Of a DNA stretch of 64,000 nucleotides, positions 62,200-64,000 are shown piece after piece; positions within the stretch are counted from its first letter, which is position 1; every line of letters begins with the position of its first letter. The translations under genes were made by a program, and so were the position numbers. The notes under the pieces are model-generated. The model saw only the letters and a list, made by a program, of their open reading frames with translations. It was not told the origin of the DNA and did no database searches. The stretch is from an uncultured delta proteobacterium (lineage in GTDB: Bacteria > Myxococcota_A > Polyangia > Fen-1088), in contig CAVWIP010000014.1 of assembly GCA_963755125.1 (NCBI GenBank), forward strand, positions 128,001 through 192,000, given 5' to 3'.

Positions 62200-62715
62200 G
62201 TGTCATACGCCCGCCGAAGCATAGGGACCGTTCTGCTCCTCGCCGTCGTTGCTCTCTTCGCCGGCGCGGTCGCCGCGCGCCGTGCGCCCGCCGCAATCGC
62301 GCAACAGCCGCTGCCCATGAGTCACAAGCGCCATATCGCCAAGGACATGAAGTGCCGGGCCTGCCACCAGGGCGTGGAGGGCGAGGCCATGGCTTCGTTT
62401 CCCACCCTGGCCGACTGCATGGACTGCCACAAGAAGCCGCAGGGTCAGCAGCCGGGCGAGCCCGAGGTGCGGGCGTTTGCGGCGCGCGGGCAAGAACTCA
62501 CCTGGGTGCGGCTGAACCGCCTTGCCGGGCATGTGTACTTTTCGCACGCGGCGCATGTGAGCCTGACCAGCATGAAGTGCGAGGAGTGCCACCGTGACAT
62601 GAGCGCGGTCGATCAAGCGCCGAGCGAGGCCGACGTGCACCTGGACATGCGTGCGTGCGTCGCCTGCCACCGCGACAAGCACGCCAGCCTGGACTGCCTC
62701 GCTTGCCACAAGTGA
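62200..62715 (+). CDS. Membrane-anchored pentaheme cytochrome c (QrcA/ActA-like)
   Basis: Five CxxCH motifs (CRACH, CMDCH, CEECH, CVACH, CLACH); HVYFSH; N-terminal TM. Confidence 0.87.
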   Translation: MSYARRSIGTVLLLAVVALFAGAVAARRAPAAIAQQPLPMSHKRHIAKDMKCRACHQGVEGEAMASFPTLADCMDCHKKPQGQQPGEPEVRAFAARGQELTWVRLNRLAGHVYFSHAAHVSLTSMKCEECHRDMSAVDQAPSEADVHLDMRACVACHRDKHASLDCLACHK

Positions 62716-62718
62716 TGC

Positions 62719-64000
62719 ATGAGTCGATTCAGCCGACGTGAGATACTCAGTGGCGCCGCGCTGGCGGGCGCCGCGGCCTTGGGCTGTCGCCAGGCCAGAG
62801 ATCCCTATCGCATCGACAAGCCGCCGGTGCCACGCACCGCCGGCTGGCGCGTCGGCGAAGAGCGCTGGGTGCTTTCCACCTGCGCCCTGTGCGACGCGGG
62901 CTGCGGGATCAAGGTGCGCGTGGTGGACGGCAGGGCGGTCAAGATCGAAGGCAACCCAGAGCACCCGGTCAACCTCGGCGGGTTGTGCAGCCGCGGCCAG
63001 GCGGCGCTGCAACTGCTCTATCACCCTGAGCGGGTGCGCTCACCGTTGCGGCGGGCCGGGGCGCGCGGCCAGGGCAAGTGGAAGCCGATCTCCTGGGACG
63101 AGGCCATTGCCGAAGTCACGGCGAGGCTGGCCAGGTTGCGCGCGGCCGGTCACCCCGAGCGCCTGGTGCTGATCGACGGCGAGACGGGCACTTTCACCCA
63201 TGACCTGTGGGCGCGTTTTTTGTCGGCGTATGGCAGCCCCAACCACATCGGACTGGAATCGGCTCGCGCCGCCAGCGCCGAGTTGGCCACCCTTCACGTG
63301 TTGGGCCGCTACGGTCAGCCCGTGTATGATCTGGACCGGGCCGCTCTGGTGCTGGCCATGGGCGCAGAGTTGCTCGAATCGTCCAGCCAGGCCATGCGTT
63401 TCATGCGCACGACCCGTGCACGGGCGGAAGATCGTCACGCTGGGCGCTTGCCGGTAATCTGCGTTTCGCCGCGCCGGCCTGACTGCCGGGTCGACGATTG
63501 GATCCCGATTGCGCCCGGGGGCTACGGGGCGCTGGCGCTGTCGCTGGCCCATGTCCTGCTCCACGATGGCCCGATCGACAGACAATGGCTTCGCGCCCAC
63601 GTCTTCGGGTTTGCGGCCTGGCGGGATCAGGCAGGGGTCGAGCAGCCGGGATTCGAGGCCTTGCTTCAGGCAGCCTATGCGCCGGACGAGACCAAGGACG
63701 TGACCGGCATTTCCGCGGCGACCGTCGAACGACTGGCCCATGCGCTTGCCGAGCAGCGGCCGGCCCTGGTTGCCGGCGACGGCGGCGCGGTTGCGGCTGG
63801 CAACGGTTTGTCCACGTCGATTGCCATCTGCGCGCTCAACATACTGTTGGGGGATGTCGGGGTTCGGCTGCGCTGGCCCGGGATGCTGGCGGATTGGGAA
63901 GAGCCCGCGGTCGATAGGCTTGCGGCCGCAGTCAGCGCAGCCCCGCGTATCGACGGCGTGGGCACGGCCGCTTGTCCATTCGGGTGCAGCCGCGTGCAAG
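62719..64000 (+). CDS. Tat-exported molybdopterin-oxidoreductase-fold subunit (QrcB/ActB-like), partial; absent from the ORF track
   Basis: Manual translation MSRFSRREILSG...LGC...STCALCDAGCG...KIEGNPEHPVN..LCSRG...ISWDEA...YGSPN; the frame is open to the window end. Confidence 0.85.
   Translation, partial: MSRFSRREILSGAALAGAAALGCRQARDPYRIDKPPVPRTAGWRVGEERWVLSTCALCDAGCGIKVRVVDGRAVKIEGNPEHPVNLGGLCSRGQAALQLLYHPERVRSPLRRAGARGQGKWKPISWDEAIAEVTARLARLRAAGHPERLVLIDGETGTFTHDLWARFLSAYGSPNHIGLESARAASAELATLHVLGRYGQPVYDLDRAALVLAMGAELLESSSQAMRFMRTTRARAEDRHAGRLPVICVSPRRPDCRVDDWIPIAPGGYGALALSLAHVLLHDGPIDRQWLRAHVFGFAAWRDQAGVEQPGFEALLQAAYAPDETKDVTGISAATVERLAHALAEQRPALVAGDGGAVAAGNGLSTSIAICALNILLGDVGVRLRWPGMLADWEEPAVDRLAAAVSAAPRIDGVGTAACPFGCSRVQ

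Overview
GC-rich bacterial window (about two-thirds G+C by eye, not computed). Lipoproteins with long Gly/Ser/Thr linkers, a PilT ATPase and anaerobic redox genes suggest a Myxococcota/deltaproteobacterial anaerobe; this is inference only. In order along the window: the 5' end of an IS4-family element; a small Sm-fold-like gene, acyP, an HdrD/FadF-like Fe-S membrane oxidoreductase, a Trm112-like gene and a phenylacetate-CoA ligase family gene; two linker-rich lipoproteins; a complete [FeFe]-hydrogenase locus of about 15 kb (rex, sensory hydrogenase-histidine kinase, hybrid kinase, hydG, aspA, hydF, hydE, hydC, a HydB-GltD fusion, hydA, a lone receiver) with tandem Rex-like boxes; an uncharacterised envelope cluster of about 10 kb (NapH-NapG-like polyferredoxin, three Tat-exported DUF362 proteins, three DUF6599-like domains including an apparent circular permutant, and a 1393-aa propeller/beta-barrel protein); a MITE; rubrerythrin, PilT, aqpZ, HEPN relics, vapBC and class II RNR; a four-gene glycosylation cassette; galKT and glycan-active genes; an orphan carbamoyltransferase; a TetR-TolC-MFP-RND efflux operon; and the start of a Qrc/ACIII-like operon. 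I saw no rRNA, tRNA or CRISPR array. All family calls come from recognising motifs by eye, not from database searches.
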